64,000 nt of DNA from Takakia lepidozioides. Taxonomy: Eukaryota > Plantae > Bryophyta. The position numbers were made by a program, and so were the translations under genes. Shown in pieces: positions 62,183 through 64,000 of this stretch; within the stretch, counting starts at the first letter, position 1, and every line of letters starts with the position of its first letter. The notes beneath the pieces are model-generated. The model was not told the DNA's origin, did not search any database, and was given only the letters and a program-made list of their open reading frames with translations. The DNA lies in contig CM060731.1 of the NCBI GenBank assembly GCA_030704615.1, positions 8,742,001-8,806,000 of the forward strand, written 5' to 3'.

Positions 62183-62849
62183 CTGTCATGTCATGTCCAA
62201 AAAATATATTGATACAAAATCATCACATTGTATAGGCACTTGAAAACTTCAATGCAATTAGATGGAGATAACTTGGGTGCAAAGTGAAAATGTAACCTAT
62301 ACAAACAGGTTTTCTACATTGAACATTAAAAACAAAAGGAAGATACATGCTTTAAAAACAAACCAATAAACATGTAAAGAATTAAGCTGTCTGGTTAGGA
62401 GGACATAAGCATCACATAACACATGCAAGTAATCTTATGGATGTCATTAGGATACCATAACATAAATCGTGCAAAAAATGTTACATTGATTATCTTGCAG
62501 TAAATTTGTACACCTCATCAACACAAGCATACATACAGCAAACATTCCATGAAACTTATTACTATTATTTCTTTTACTTTTGCAGACTCCTGGGGATGTC
62601 TTTGATAAGATAAAAGGGCAATAATGTAATAATTATTTCACAAACAGTAAATTGAGGACTGATAAGATTAAAACCTGTCTTTGTGCGTGAGTTTACCGTC
62701 CACGATGTAAGTGAAAATCTCCATGTCACGATGTGGGTGCGTACCAAATCCTGCTTTAGGCTAGGTACCAAAAACATTCAAATATAGTGAGACAAGATTT
62801 GAAATAATGTACTCATGAGACGATGTTTTCCACCCACACAGTAGGCATT

Positions 62850-63250
62850 GACAATCTCCCTTTCCTCTTTGCATCTGTTTATTGATTCCCTGCGCTGAGT
62901 TTAAATTTCAGTGTAGTGCTGAGGGTAGGTTGGTCGTTCAGATCATCCTTAAGGTCCTCACATGTCACAAACTGTAAAACAAGGAGTTTTTTTTGCCTAA
63001 CGTCCCATGTTCAGACATTCTTCATGCTTCCGACATGGCCTTAGATACTTCGGCCTCCAAGTCAGCTTCATCTAGCAGGGTCAGTTCTTCCTGCCTAATA
63101 TTCAGGTTGAAAATCTCCTCTACCATATTCCACCAGGACTTGGCCTCTTTAATAGGACGGTCTTTCTTCCAAGCGATGGAATCTATCATCTTGAAATAGT
63201 TTAACACTTTCTATACCTACTTCCTCTCTGCTCCTTCCCACAGGAATAGT
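62850..63250 (-). pseudogene. Possible LINE C-terminal remnant in a pirin intron
   Basis: Coding-like, W-rich helical fragment (KSWWNMVEEIF). Weak. Confidence 0.3.
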
Positions 63251-64000
63251 GAGAGAGAGCATGGAAGACTTTATTTTCTGCCATAGTGACCAATGTCACC
63301 AAGCAGGCTTGAGGGCATGCAAACGAAGGCGCAAGCATCAAGAAGGAAGAGGGAAGCAAACATGTTGCCAACCAACCAACCATGGTGGGTGTGAGGGAGG
63401 GGACTAAATGGGAGAAACCATCGCGAGTGTTAGTGAGCTACCTTATGCAAGGGAGAAGGCATTGGGAGGATACATACCTCTCTTTATTATTGTTTACCTT
63501 TTGCTTTTTTATGTTCATCTCCATACAACTTTCAATGGGGCCTTCGGAAAATTGACGAAAAATAAAAATGACAAAAAACGTTTTGTGTCAACAGGAAATC
63601 TCTATCAGGCTAAGCCCCAAGACCAACTCCTCTCTCTTATAGAATGGGCAGCACTTGACAGTTAATATAATAATGACACAAATGACCAATACAGTTCTCA
63701 CCTGAACAAGATCATCATTAAGCACACGCAGAACCCCAAAATCTTGATTCTGTGGGTTAAAGTACTCTGCAAAACTGCATCCAATATGAACACAACTTTG
63801 TTAATACTTCCAAGGATGTTCACACTGGAGTTTTGTACATACATTGACACTGCATCTAGGGTACCAGCTAATGGTCCTACACAAAACCATTCCTATGATT
63901 ACATGTGGATTATGTCCTGTCATTGTTGACATGTTGTAGCTCACAGTTTAGACCATGAGCAAAGTTTTGATATAGGAAATCCCCAACAACAGAGAAGTAG

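Overview
Plant nuclear DNA, most likely a moss or other bryophyte (inferred from the transposon content). The first ~51 kb is dominated by nested, decayed transposons. The last ~13 kb holds an apparently intact 13-exon F-box/LRR gene (+) and the 3' half of a pirin-like gene (-). The centrepiece (~6.3-30.5 kb, about 13.5 kb once nested insertions are removed) is a large Sola-like (DUF7869-type DDE) DNA transposon. It carries a divergently transcribed accessory module: a small ORF with RNA Pol II CTD-like Y-x-P-x-(D)-S-P repeats, and a multi-exon gene reading ParB/Srx-like domain, then beta-class DNA-methyltransferase-like fold, acidic tract and FCP1/SCP-type CTD-phosphatase-like domain. A 24-bp palindrome (AACCTCCACTG-nn-CAGTGGAGGTT) recurs about 9 times, only in this element's introns and UTRs. 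Its transposase was interrupted by a MULE (9-bp TSD) and a chromovirus (5-bp TSD), then scrambled by two nested inversions. A third rearrangement splits a GDSL lipase gene across strands. Also present: a degenerate Replitron HUH transposase, SINEs of different families sharing a covarying structured 3' tail, MITEs, other Gypsy/LINE remnants and an orphan LPLAT/MBOAT last exon. All family calls are by-eye motif recognition, not database searches. The termini of the large element were not resolved.
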